The notes under the pieces are model-generated. The model saw nothing but the letters and a program-made list of their open reading frames with translations. It did not search any database and had not been told where the DNA came from. A stretch of DNA of 64,000 nucleotides from Octopus sinensis (Eukaryota), in NCBI RefSeq assembly GCF_006345805.1, contig NC_043000.1:134540001-134604000 (forward strand), given 5' to 3'. A program made the position numbers and the translations under genes. Positions 39,011 to 51,671 of the stretch are shown piece by piece; the stretch's first letter is position 1; the number at the start of each line of letters is the position of its first letter.

Positions 39011-41782
39011 AAGATAAGAAAGTTCATAAAGACATTTGCACACACTAAACAAGGAAGATAATTTAGATAAATTCAAAGTATATTAGCAGCGCTCTCACTT
39101 TCATATCTGCAGAACTACAGACAGGACTATATTGTTATAAGATAAGATTTTGTAGCAATTTTATTTATTCCAAGACAAGACACCTAACACTGCTTCCGTC
39201 AATCTGCCTAGCTGAAAATAAGTGTCACCCTGATATTTTATGGCCAAGTTGTTGTGAAGGAAATATTTCCTTCCAAAAAAAAAACTATACAAATGCCAAA
39301 AGTTGATAAATTTGGTACAGAAATGTTATTTATACAAAAAAGAAAGACAGTTCTTTGTAGACAATTAAACAATTTGATAGTCTGCTGGTTTGAATGTAAA
39401 GAACCAAATAAAATACACAAGGTATTTCATCTGATACTCTATCAGTTCAGCCAGTTTACTGATCTCTGGATCAGTACCTTTTTACTGACCTTGAAAGGAT
39501 GAAAGCCAAAGTTGACCTCAGCAGGATTTGAGCTCAAAGCACAGATGTTTGAACAAATACTGCAAGGCAAATCTATACAACCCTCCCTCTACAAACTCTG
39601 CCCTAACATAAATTGAACCAAATTACTTTATTCAAGCTTGAAACATATAGGCATGAAAATACTCCATTCTACTCAGTAATTGTAGCAGAGTAAACAAGAC
39701 AAGGTTTAATTATCTATATAAGAATTTATTAGACTGTGAATGTGATATGGAATTGCAAATTCAAGTTTTCTTTTATTGTCAAGAATATTATTTTATGTTA
39801 TTTCCAATTGATGCTTACTTTACAATAAATGCTATTCTGATGAGAATAGCTTCCAAAGTATTATTAAGAGCTCTTTCAGGTTAATTAAGTGACAAGAAAT
39901 TATCCCAAGTATTAAGAATCATAAAATGTACTGCCTCTGACTGATCAATTAAATGACGAAAACAAGAAGAAAATATAGGGAAATTACTTTTCAATTAATT
40001 AAGTAAAAAAAATAGTATTATTTAATGTAAAATATAATTGTCCTACATGTCGTAAGGTAATATATTGACTGACCTCATTACATATACGTGTGTGTGTGTG
40101 TGTGTGATCATCATCATCATTTAATGTCCGTTTTCCATACTGGCATATATAAAACACACAAGTATCTAACATCTGCAGATACAAACATGCACTAACATAT
40201 TTATACAACCACAACAATGTGTGTGTATGTATGTATATTGCGATATGAACAGCAATAAATTTCAAGTTAGATTCTAGAAACATTAACAATTCTAAATGAC
40301 AATCATAAACACACACGTTAAAACACTACATATATACACCTATAAACTATTTACATTGTTTATAGTAGTTTTTTTAAAAGATGTTAGGAAGGGCATCCAA
40401 CAATAAAAACCATGCGAAAGCAAACAATGGAACACAATGCAGTCCTCGGACCCATCGAATCCTGTCAAATTGTTCAACTTGTGGATGTTAAATGATGTTG
40501 TGTCAGAGAAGAAGCAGCGCCATGACTCTTTGCAACAGGTGGGAGAAACGAAGGAAATTATACTTTAACAGGAGACCTGAACAAATGCGTGTAAGAGAAA
40601 GGACTAAATGGCACCCATGGGCTAGGTCGATGGGTGAAACCTATCATCCAAAAACCGGAGTCTTCCGTAGCTGGGTTTCCACGCAGGGTTCCGACAGCCA
40701 AATTTTATTCATAAAGTTTTGATACACTAGACAAGAGACTTGCAAAAGTCGTTCTCCTAATTCATCTTTACTATGGGATATGCTATTGCGCGTCCTTAAC
40801 CACACAGCTCATGACTGTATCTGATGGTGGTTTATAAATTCAAATATTTGTATGAACCTTTGGAGAAAACGTATTTACAAAAAACTATTTGCAGACGAAC
40901 TTATCTACAATTATTAATCTTTGGCTCGACTGGTCATCTAGTATTTTAGCTCCTAAAAACCACTAAAACTTCAGCACATATATATTCACCACATATGCAA
41001 ATATTTTCAAATGTATGTCTGTGTGTTCGCAGTATATACAGTATCTACATCTGTAATAGCCTAGTGGACTACCAGCTCATAACCTGTTAAAATCCGATAC
41101 AGTTATTTCATGGCCACACCCTTAATTCCATATACTTCAGTTTACCCAACTCTCCAAAATAGGCTCCATATCTTCTAAGAATGTCAACAAAATATCCAAA
41201 AGGTTTCTACCTAAAGATAAACCACAGCCCTTGTGAGCCCACTGGAATTATCTGAGATATCTACATCAACAATGCGTGCAACATATCTATACATGCATAA
41301 CACATAGCTCATATATGTGTATGTGTGTTATATGTGTTCGTGCATACAATTTGACAGACAATTTGTCCCAGAAAAATTAACAAACAAAATAATAATTTCA
41401 ATGAAAAAGTACCAGTGTGCATGGGGTGCCTATACATGTGATAATGCATGTGAATGAGAATGTATAATGTCTATGCATACACACACATAACATACTAAAT
41501 CTCCAACTGAAAGTGTTTTGAAACAATGGGATCATTTGAATTATCGTAATCCCTGAATAAGCAGATTAAAGGGACCAGGGATGTAAATGATAAATTAAAT
41601 TCAAATCTAACACTATAACGAAGGTGAGATTTAAACAAAAAAAAAAGTGGGTGGAAGGGTTTAATTAAGACAAAATAAATACATCAATGTAATTTTAATT
41701 AAATCACATTTAAAATGTCTTTAAGAAACCGGCGGACTTCCTTCAACCCACATTTAGCAATCTATTCACAACTGACACTTAC

Positions 41783-41810
41783 TGAAAGTTTATTTACAAA
41801 GTGAATCAAC
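41783..41810 (-). other. Candidate 28-nt 5'UTR exon
   Basis: TTTAACAG| ... TTTCA|GTAAGT splice consensus. Confidence 0.35.
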
Positions 41811-42930
41811 CTGTTAAACAGACGACATAAATACCATAATTTTCTACAAATTGTGATGCATAGGAACGTTCCTATTCCTCTATGTTTGGGGAGCTAAATT
41901 GACAAATCAGCAGTATTGCTTTGGGTCGATTTTAGCTGGGGGAAGCATTATTAATAATATATGGAGCTAAAATTACACACTCAGACATTTCAACAAACAT
42001 ATACATACATATGTACACACACACATCTACTTGATTGTTAAAATACATTTAAGGTTTAACTACTCTTACAGATTTTTAAATAATACCTTATCGTTTAAGA
42101 ACATGTTTCTCTTGTAACTTCAAAACTGATTGGTAAATATTATTCGCTTTCCGAACTAATTTATTCGTTAGCAATAAATTTCTAATGAACTACAAGTAAC
42201 AGTTTAGCAGATCATGTTTAACTATATAAGAATATTTAAATAGGATGTAACAAGGAATTACGAATTAATTTGGGTTTTTTTTTTGGGGGGGGGTTGTTAT
42301 TTCTGAAAATGTTATCTTTAATTGATTCTGACTACACTCTAATGGGAATAGTCCCAGATGTAATTAATATTAATTGTTCGTTCAAATTAATTAACGATCG
42401 ATAAGAAATTATCATAAACATTAAGAAATACTAACTTTTTTTTATCAAAGAAAGATCAATTATGAATTAAGATAGAAATCTATGTGTGCTAAAGAGAGGA
42501 AGATATATGGAAAATTTCAGTAAGAAACAAAGACAGAAAACAATTTATAGAAAAACATATACACAAAAGCAAATAATAAAATAAGATAATCGAAATGGGA
42601 CAGATTCTTCGTTTGGAAGAAAAAAGTCGAATGAATTGTCACTCTTCTGTGCGGGAAGAATATTTCTGTCAACATGATTCCTTAGATACTGGTGTCAGGC
42701 AACCAACCACCTGAGAACACCAGTTAATAATGATGACAGGTCGAGTCGATCAGAGAGATACGCAGCAACAATCAGAATAATGAATAAATGCTGGGCAAGA
42801 AATAAATATATATCACATGCCAAGTTGAAAGGTAGTATCTTTCCACATCGATATATAAGTACGAGAACAGATCTCAACACGGGAGTCGAACTGCGCATTG
42901 TCGGACGTCACACACACACACGTATATATA

Positions 42931-42977
<47 letters not shown>

Positions 42978-43121
42978 GCTCGCAAATAACCGAATGTGTA
43001 TAATCACACATTGTATACATTTATATGTGTGTGTGTTGTCTTATACTTGTCGGTTGATTTCATTACTATCAATCAAAAATAATTTTTTCTTGATAATTCG
43101 ATTTTACACCAAATTCGTTAA

Positions 43122-43179
<58 letters not shown>

Positions 43180-44141
43180 GTACATAGATTATACCAGCAA
43201 GCGCGCACGCGCGCGATATCTATACACAACCAACAATCTCAAGATATGGCCATTTTCGCATAAACAAACACCCGAAACAATTGAATGTGAAATCATCGTA
43301 GTGACTGAAATTAAATATACTTCAAAAATATTCTGAATTAAAAACATAGACTATCTATTCAAAGATGATCGGAAGAGTTGGTCGAAGATGAATGCAATAT
43401 ATATCTAAAATATTTTATCATTTCGTCCCATAGCCTTTTTTTTTTTTTATAAAATGTACATATTATCTTAGTAAAGCAGGCTTTCGGATAGCACATACTT
43501 CCACATATCGATGTACTGCGATTACCCCCGTACACGCGTACACACATACACAACGATTTGTCCACATGAAACCACACAAGATAGTAGGATAAATTTTTAA
43601 AAGTAAATAAATCAAACTAATCAATTTAACAATAAAACAACTGCTAAGTTATTCTGCTGTTAATATAGATGAGTCAGAAACATTGTGATACGTGATCAAC
43701 TTATGGTAAGAACAGTTTCTTGGGAATAAGAGGAGCAGTTTTTACAACTGATGTCTCTCTCTCCTAAGCTTTATGAATGACTGTTTGGGTGTCATTATCA
43801 GTTTGGTGTAACATTAAGTGTAATTAATTAGTTGTATAAAAAATCTTATGTAAATTGGGTATATCGTCTTGTGGGGGTGTGTATATATTACGAGGACGAT
43901 GTGCGACAAATCGGACAGGACAGGAAGGAAATGAAAGGGTGGGAGGAAACAAAAAAAAAACACACAGCAAGTGTCGAATGTGGTTGAAGTCTGTGGAAAA
44001 ATAATGTTTGAAAGAGAAACAAATAAATAACAACAATGATTCCAATAAATAAATACGATATAATATGACGGTAAAAATGAACTAAAAGTGTGTGTATCAA
44101 ACGAGTATATGTGTATATATTTATGTGATAAGTTTGCCTAC

Positions 44142-44330
44142 CTAGCTGTGGTCGGTCGGTTGGTGTAGAGAAGAAGGAAAGTGCGAGCTGTAATTGCTAT
44201 CAACAATACTGTGAGGAAGGAGGAAGGGGAGGAGGCTTGTCAGCAGTAGAGCAACGACGACGGCAGGCGTCGATATACAAAGAGAAGCATGGGAGGGTAA
44301 CAAGATTGCCGAGCTCTCGGGGACAGCAGG
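44142..44330 (-). promoter_or_regulatory. Putative first (non-coding) exon / promoter-proximal region
   Basis: Minus strand reads CACAGCTAG|GTAGGC at 44142/44141. It sits in a CpG-containing unique segment preceded by a CT-rich tract. The upstream boundary is approximate. Confidence 0.4.
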
Positions 44331-46471
44331 ACAGTGAAGTAAGAGGTTAATTGATAGGAGGAGTGGTAAGAATAAATAAATAAATAAATAATATGTCGAA
44401 GGAAGAGGAAGAGAAGGAAATGGTGGGAGGGAGGAGGGGGGCAGAGAAAGAAAGCATGAAAAATTAGAAGGCGTTCAAATTGATATAGGTGATAGTGATA
44501 TCGGATGTTGTTAACAAATGGGCAAAGTAAAAGTATGAAAGAATAGTAGAGGAAGAAGAAAAGATTATTAGAAATACACCGGGGAGGGGGGGGGGTAAAA
44601 GCAAGTGAAAGTGTATTAGGATTAGTGTGAGAGCGAGGCTGTATTATTTTTTTTTTATCTTTCTCCTTAATGCAAAGGAGATATACAGATACGTATGCGT
44701 ACACGTATGTGTATTAGATATAACCAAATTCCCTCCGTGGACTCAAACGTATTAACCCTATTCTCTTGACTTGATATCACTACAAACATATATCTATACG
44801 CAATTATGCACATACTATTGTAATCATTTATATAGTCTTATATCGAACGAAGAGGGTTTAAATCTTTGTTGTCAGTCTTGTCGGCTATAAGTATACTGCG
44901 GACATCAGTTTTAAAAGCTCTCGTACATCTGCGCTGGACGCTTGAAAGATGCTAGCGGCAATCGAACCTGCTTGGTAATTATTATTTACTGATCGTGTGT
45001 AGCCTCTTATTACACTTCATCGTCGAGAAGTTTGTTAATGGTACAAAAACAGTTCCGATTTTAAAAGATTGAGATAAATTATTACCCTCTGTTTAAAAGT
45101 TGATAGAACACAATGACCAAATTAAAACACGCGGATATAAAAGCTAGTGATGATCAATACGCAGTGGGTCGAGTGCATTTATTTATTTTCTGTATCATAA
45201 TCTCTAAGTAACTGGCTGCATAGTATCTGTTAAATGATCTACCGCAGTGGTTGTGGCGGTAACTTTTCAATGAACACAGACAAATCTAGTTATATTAGAA
45301 ACTATAGGGGTCTTTTCCCTTTCAACGGCAGATTGAGAAATAAATTTTTTCCAACTATAGCTGCTTCTATCATGTTTTAAAAGAAAAACACTTTTTCCTT
45401 TATCATTATATATATTTTTAAAGCCGCGTACAATCCCCCACTACTGCTTAACGACCGGTGTTGGTGTGTTTACGTCTCCGTAACGCAGGGGTTCAGCGAA
45501 AAAAAGAACGATAAAAAAAATAGGAACTGGGGTCGATCAGTTCAACTAAAATTCTTCAATGCGGTACACCCGCATAGTGCACCTGAGTACTTGATACAAC
45601 AATTTCATTATATTATAAGTAAATATGGCGACAAGCTGGCAGAAACGTTAGCACGCAGGGCGAAATGCTTAGCAGTAGTTCGTTCGTCTTTACGTTCTGA
45701 GTTCAAATTCCGCCGAGGTCGACTTTGCCTTTCATCCTTTCGGGGTCGATAAGTTAAGTACCAGTTACGTCCTGGGGTCGATCTAATCGACTGGCTCCCC
45801 CCCCCCCCAAAAAAAAAAATTTCTTACCTTGTGCCTAGAGTAGAAAAGATTATTATAAGTAAATGAACCGGTTATAATTACATTTATCGAAATCAGAAAA
45901 CGAAGAGAAGATAAAAGGGTTTTCCATAACACGGACAATTGCAACTTGTTGAAACTATAATATTATCAAGTAACACTTGTGTCTCCCACATAAAAGGTCT
46001 ATCATGAAATAGTCAAGATCGTATTCACTGGGCATAAGAACTTATCCGAATATACAAGCTTCGTTAATTTCTACTGGCGAAAACCACCTCTTGATTTTGG
46101 GGCTTATTTTTTCACTTTACATTCTCCCCCCACCCCATTATAACTGTTATAACATATCTAGGGGAGATAAGTACTAAACTATTTGAACTATAACCTATTG
46201 TGTCGGGAGGGCCACGACACAGATTAACTTTTATTATGTAAACCACTTCGTGGTTAACAGGTTTACAACGTATCACCCATGGTTTACAATTCATTTCTAA
46301 CTGCGGGAGTGTCTAACTCGGTGTAAAACAAATATTCCAGGGATTTTCACTCGAAGAACACTCTTCTTGGTTTTCCCGCCAATATTTGTATCTGATACTT
46401 GTCGACGAAAGATGCGCACCATATGCGTGAATATATGCATATTCCGACAGACAAAGAAATTTAGTCCATTC

Positions 46472-46570
46472 GTTATAATCTCTCTGATGAGCCAGGGTGA
46501 TTCCCTGTCGAAATTCGGATCCGAGTAAGTGATAAGCCTACAGGCGAAACTTAATCTTAATAATAAATGT
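46472..46570 (+). ncRNA. Type I hammerhead-like motif
   Basis: CTGATGA 46484-90; stem II CAGGG/CCCTG; GAAA 46510-13; stem III TCGG/CCGA; GTA triplet 46525-27; stem I imperfect. Confidence 0.55.
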
Positions 46571-46734
46571 AATTAATATATTTATTTTGAAAGTATCAAG
46601 GTTGTTGATTTCCGATTTTTTTTTCTTTTTCGGCGGGGCAAGGCATGAATAATGTATGTGTGTGTGTGTGTACTGTTCCGTGATGGTAAGATCAACAAAA
46701 ATGTATTCCATCTGGTGAGAGGTAAATACTATTT

Positions 46735-46950
46735 AATAAACACAATATATGTTTTTATGTGCTACTATTAGTTTCATGTGCTGAGAGCATGCCAGACAGT
46801 ATTTTTTACGTCTGGTGTCTTAGCACAATCATCAGGCACTGCCCACGTGGGCAGTGCCTGATGATTGTACTAGGACGTGTTAAAGAAATACTGTCTGGCA
46901 TGCTCTCAGCACATGAAACTAATAGTAACACATAAAACATTATGTTTATT
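46735..46950. repeat. Spacer-less ~215-bp palindrome
   Basis: Symmetry centre CCCAC|GTGGG at 46846/46847. Confidence 0.9.
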
Positions 46951-47244
46951 AATTATATATATATATATATATAGCTTCAAATGTATGTAATGAAATTGAT
47001 ATTGTGATAAGGTGGCGAGCTGACAGAATCGTTACTGCACCGTGCAAAATGCTAAGTGGCATTTTGTAATAACTCGAAGTTATTACTATGTAAAAAACAG
47101 TTGCCCAAGGTTATTGTACAATAGAATCGAACTCGAAACTGCGTAGTTGTAAAGGGAAGTTCTTAATTAAACAGCTATGTCTACACTCCTGTTTACGTGT
47201 GGTTTATCTCGGAAAGTCAATCTAGCTGTGTTCAGTAATCTTTT

Positions 47245-47715
47245 CGGAAAGACTTCCGAACGTCCCCCCACACCCATTTTCTCTTTTTTCTTTTTTTGCC
47301 CAAACACCCGTTTTCGGGTACGGATGTTACTGAAAATTGCCAAAAATCGGCATTGTCAAATTTCCCCTTCCCTCCAATTCTTCAGTTTTGACTTTTTCCC
47401 CAACACTAACCCTAACCCCCTAACCCTAAAACACTAACCGTAACTACAGAAATGTTTTGAAATTTTTGTCCGAATCATAATGTCCGTATTTTTCCGCATA
47501 TTTTGAAAAAAAAAGAAATTCTGAAGAAAGTGAAAAATGAAGGAAATGGGGGTGGGGAGTGGTAATTTAAAAATGCCAATTTTTGCCTTTTTTTTTTTTT
47601 TTTGCAGATTCCTATTCCCCGTAGCCGAAAGGGGGGTGGGGGCTTTGTGTCGAAAAAAAATTCTTTTTTTAAAGGGTGGTTGGGGGTGGGGACGGGCGGA
47701 AGTCTTGCTATCTTT
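47245..47715. mobile_element. Degenerate fold-back element with CCCTAA-like spacer
   Basis: AAGACTTCCG...CCCC / GGGG...CGGAAGTCTT imperfect arms; CTAACCCTAACCCCCTAACCCTAA at ~47407-47430. Confidence 0.5.
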
Positions 47716-49314
47716 TCTTGTAAGTGAAAATGAAGCTGGTAGTAAAATGAAAGCGAAAAGATTATTTTCTTTTAAACTGAAAGTTTATTTTGAAATTGCT
47801 TTTGTATTGAAGAAATATCTGAACTTTTGAGGCGACAAACGTCTTTTAGAATCATCGCGAATATAATTATCATGACAAAAAGGAATTACTTCCTACGGGA
47901 TATTTGCACCATGACAATTGCTATTGAAAGTACTATTAAGTTTCTGGCATCGTTGAGATTGATTAATAATTCAGTGGTGTGCTGTAATGAGTCGAAGTGT
48001 TTGGTGAATCGCCAGACATGTTCAGATGGAAAAGCTTGAAGGTGTTGTTTACGCAGGTATTATCGAAACATTAGACAAGATTATTTCTTCTTGGTACCCC
48101 ACTGCCTCGCTTTGTGTAGTATGTCTATTGGTGGATAGCAATTCATTGTAAAAAGAAATCTGTTATGCAGTAAAAGCAATAGTTATCTGATATAACTATT
48201 TCAGAATTCAGTTTCGTTTATTTCCCAGTTTCCAGTTAATCTCGATTTTCCGCACTGTTCGTTCTTTCATATTCTGGATATTTAAAACGAAATATGACCC
48301 TGTTTTCGAGTTATAGTTAAGGGAAGACACAAACCTAGTTATGTAAACCAATGAAATGATAGAATTATACATGGCAAACCAAGAGTTCTTTCTCAGCGTC
48401 CTGGAGCAAGGATGCACTTAGCTCGCACATCTTAATTTAATTAACAAACATAATGTGCCAGATAAAATTTCCCACCCTTTCATACTTGTATCCAAGCGGT
48501 GACTACTCTACCTCGTCCCTTCTCTCTTACTACGCCTCTGGCTCTAACCTCAAATAGATTGGTAGCTATTTATGTCTTGGTGGATTAAACTAATGTGATA
48601 TTTAACGAAGACTTTCTGTAAAAATATGAAATAAACTTTTTACAACATGGATATCGATTCTTTCCAAGAATTTTCTATGCCAACAAAAAACTTTTTTTCT
48701 TCTTTTTTTTTTTTGCACAGATCAAAGTACTCATTTAATCCTACCACCGAATAAATTACATGAATGTAGCTAATTAAATGGTGATCTGATATAGTATCGT
48801 GTACATTTTCACGACATTGTTTACTGAAGAATTCGTTAGAACCTTTTCAAAAGGCTTACTCAGTATTATTTCAAAAGAAACTTGAAGATTATCCGCATAA
48901 ACTGCTCATTTTTGTTAGGATAATCTTCACCCACAATACGATTGTTTTGTATTTCTCATAAAAATTGATAAGACAGATAAGCTCTGAGTATCCACCACCT
49001 TTAATGTCTGTTCCCTATATTCTCAAACCGTGTTAAATCATCAAAATATTGATCTCTCTTAATATGTAGGATATTGATCTCGCTTAAAGATGTAGGAAAC
49101 TCATTTCACTACAGGCTTCATAGGTTTCCTACTTATTTTGTCAAGAAACGTGGAAAAGAAATATATCCAGCACTAAGCCTAAAATTTGAAAAAGTTAAGC
49201 CACGCAATCGGATGAAAACCGTAAAAATGTCCAAGAAGTAATAAGTAATCAGACTAACGGGTGAAATAAAAAAGTAAATGAATGTTTGTGAGAAATGTTT
49301 TGATGAATCACCAA

Positions 49315-49360
<46 letters not shown>

Positions 49361-49577
49361 TGAGTCGTCTAAGAGACCATAAAAAGATGCACTCGTATAT
49401 CTGTCAGTAGAGTGATTATGTTATCCGAAAAGTACGAAAAGTATAAAATCAGGGTAACACAGCTTGTCCACTGAACGGCCACTGCAATACGGAGACATTT
49501 GTTTATGAGGCAGAAGTAACAGCAACAAGACCCAATGGACATGGGTCATGCCTGCATGAAGCACACACACACACGCG

Positions 49578-49649
<72 letters not shown>

Positions 49650-51245
49650 TGTTTTTACGTATTTTTGTATTTTTACTCGTGTAACATCGTCCGTTTTTCC
49701 GTCCTTGTTTTGTATACATTCGAGGCTTTCTTCCAAGGAATCTAATGCGCTTGGCTTAGATTTTCCTTTGGGACTGGCCAGATCGGAGCAATCTCAAGAT
49801 TAATCAGCCGAAATTGCGAAGATGATCCGGTTCTTGACTGAAGATTGAAGGCTTCGAATGTCCCGTCCGTGTTTTTTGTATCGTCTTCTAAATGTTTCAC
49901 GTTCTTGTCCCAGTTTGTATTTTTTTACATTTACATATATATATATATATATGTACATATATCCCATGCAAATATTCAGAAACAGATTTTTGTCTGAATA
50001 GTTATGATTATTCAATCAACCTCGGCTACATTAGAGCTGTGTAACAGATTCCATAACATGAAATATTGCTAGTGAGCCAGAACCGTTCGCGCATCGAACA
50101 AAATGTTTAACGGCATTTTTTCTGGCTGTTTACATTCTGAGTTTAAATTCCGCCGAGGTCGATTTCGCCTTCCATCCTTTCAGGAATTGAAAAATAATTA
50201 CCAGTCAAATACCGGTGTTTATTTTCCGAATGAGATTGCTTTTTCAACAAAAAGGCATCAAACGTGACATATTTCAGCCATATACTCACGCATATATCAA
50301 ATACTTAAGCTCCACGCGGCTCCGGCAGACTGTAATGGCGAACTTCTGCCGACTCTTTCGCCACAACTTTCTCTCACTCTTTCCTCCTGCATCTTGCAGC
50401 TCACCTGCGACGGACCGGTGTCCCGTCCAGGTGGGGAACCTATACGCCAAGGAAAGCGGGAAACCGACCCTATGAGCCAGGCATGGCTCGAGAAGGAACA
50501 AACAAGGCCTCGAGTTTGGATGGTGGATATAGTCGATTAAATTGTCCAGTACTTTATTTTATCAACAATAAAAGGATTAGAATCAAATTTTACTTCGTTG
50601 GGATCTGAACTCAGAACATAAAGAGCCAAAATATACATCACAAAGCATTTTATTCGATTATCTACCAATTCTCCAAATCTACCTAGTTACTGAATTCATC
50701 TAATATCTTTATCTATTAACAATCGAGTTACCTATTTCTTTACTACCCACAAGGGGCTAAACACAGAGGAGACAAACAAGAACAAACAGACGGCTTAAGT
50801 CGATTATATCGAACCCAGTGCGTAACTGGTACTTAATTTATCGACCCCGAAAGGATGAAAGGCGAAGTCGAGCTCGGCGGAATTTCAACTCAGAACGTAA
50901 AGGGCCAAAATATACATCACAAAGCATCTTATTTGATTCTCTACCGATTCTCCGAATCTACCTAAATACTGAATTCATCCAATATCTTTATCTATTAACA
51001 ATCGAGTTACCATGTCATGTACATTTTGACATCGGTTTTCCACTCAATGTAATCGTTCAAATTAACATGATCCTTCATTGCATCCTATCGCTGTCATGGG
51101 TGGGGTTTTTTTGGGTTTTTTTTGCAGTATTTCTTCTTGTCTAAGGAATCTGAACAGTTTGATCCTATTTTATTGCGGATAACATAAACTGAAAATGGAT
51201 TATTACATAGTAAAACCTGTAAATTACTGAGTAGAATACGGATTA

Positions 51246-51671
51246 GGCGATCTTTCGTCTCTAGTAGACCTTTCCGTCGATTTCCGTAAAAAAATTTTTT
51301 TTTTACATATGGGCTTGCGGGAACTTTTGAAGTAATGAGAGCGAAAGAGACTAAGAGAAAGCGATTGTATGACGAGGGAAGTTCTTTTGAAGTTACCGTC
51401 CAGGGGGAAGCATTGATGTACGTGTGTGTGTGTGTGTGTTTGATGGGGTGTGGGAGACAGACAGTATGTTGTGTAAGTGAAGTGCTTCTGTTAGTGTGTG
51501 TGAAGAGACAGAGTAATGTGTGAAAGAAAGAGATAACTGAAATTTTTTACTCGGTGTATGTGTATATGTATGTATATTACTTCAAAAGTTCCCGCAAGCC
51601 CATATGTAAAAAAAAAAAAATATTTTTTTACGGAAATCGACGGAAAGGTCTACTAGAGACGAAAGATCGCC
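51246..51671. mobile_element. MITE with GG-terminal ~90-bp TIRs and 8-bp TSD (Merlin-like)
   Basis: TSD ACGGATTA at 51238-45 and 51672-79; TIRs near-perfect apart from poly-A/T tract length. Confidence 0.85.

Larger units (their letters stand above)
2050..44330 (-). other. Candidate multi-exon gene on the minus strand, product unidentified; continues past the left edge
   Basis: Many short segments are bounded by canonical minus-strand YAG acceptors and GTRAG/GTATG donors. The + strand is A-rich through this interval. CpG is visibly depleted left of ~42.5 kb, and a pyrimidine-rich, CpG-containing leader with a donor lies at 44142. Manual assembly, prone to over-fitting. Confidence 0.5.

Noticed and set aside
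49830-49870. CTGAAGA...GAAT hammerhead-like string
   Set aside because: No GAAA and no viable stem II loop
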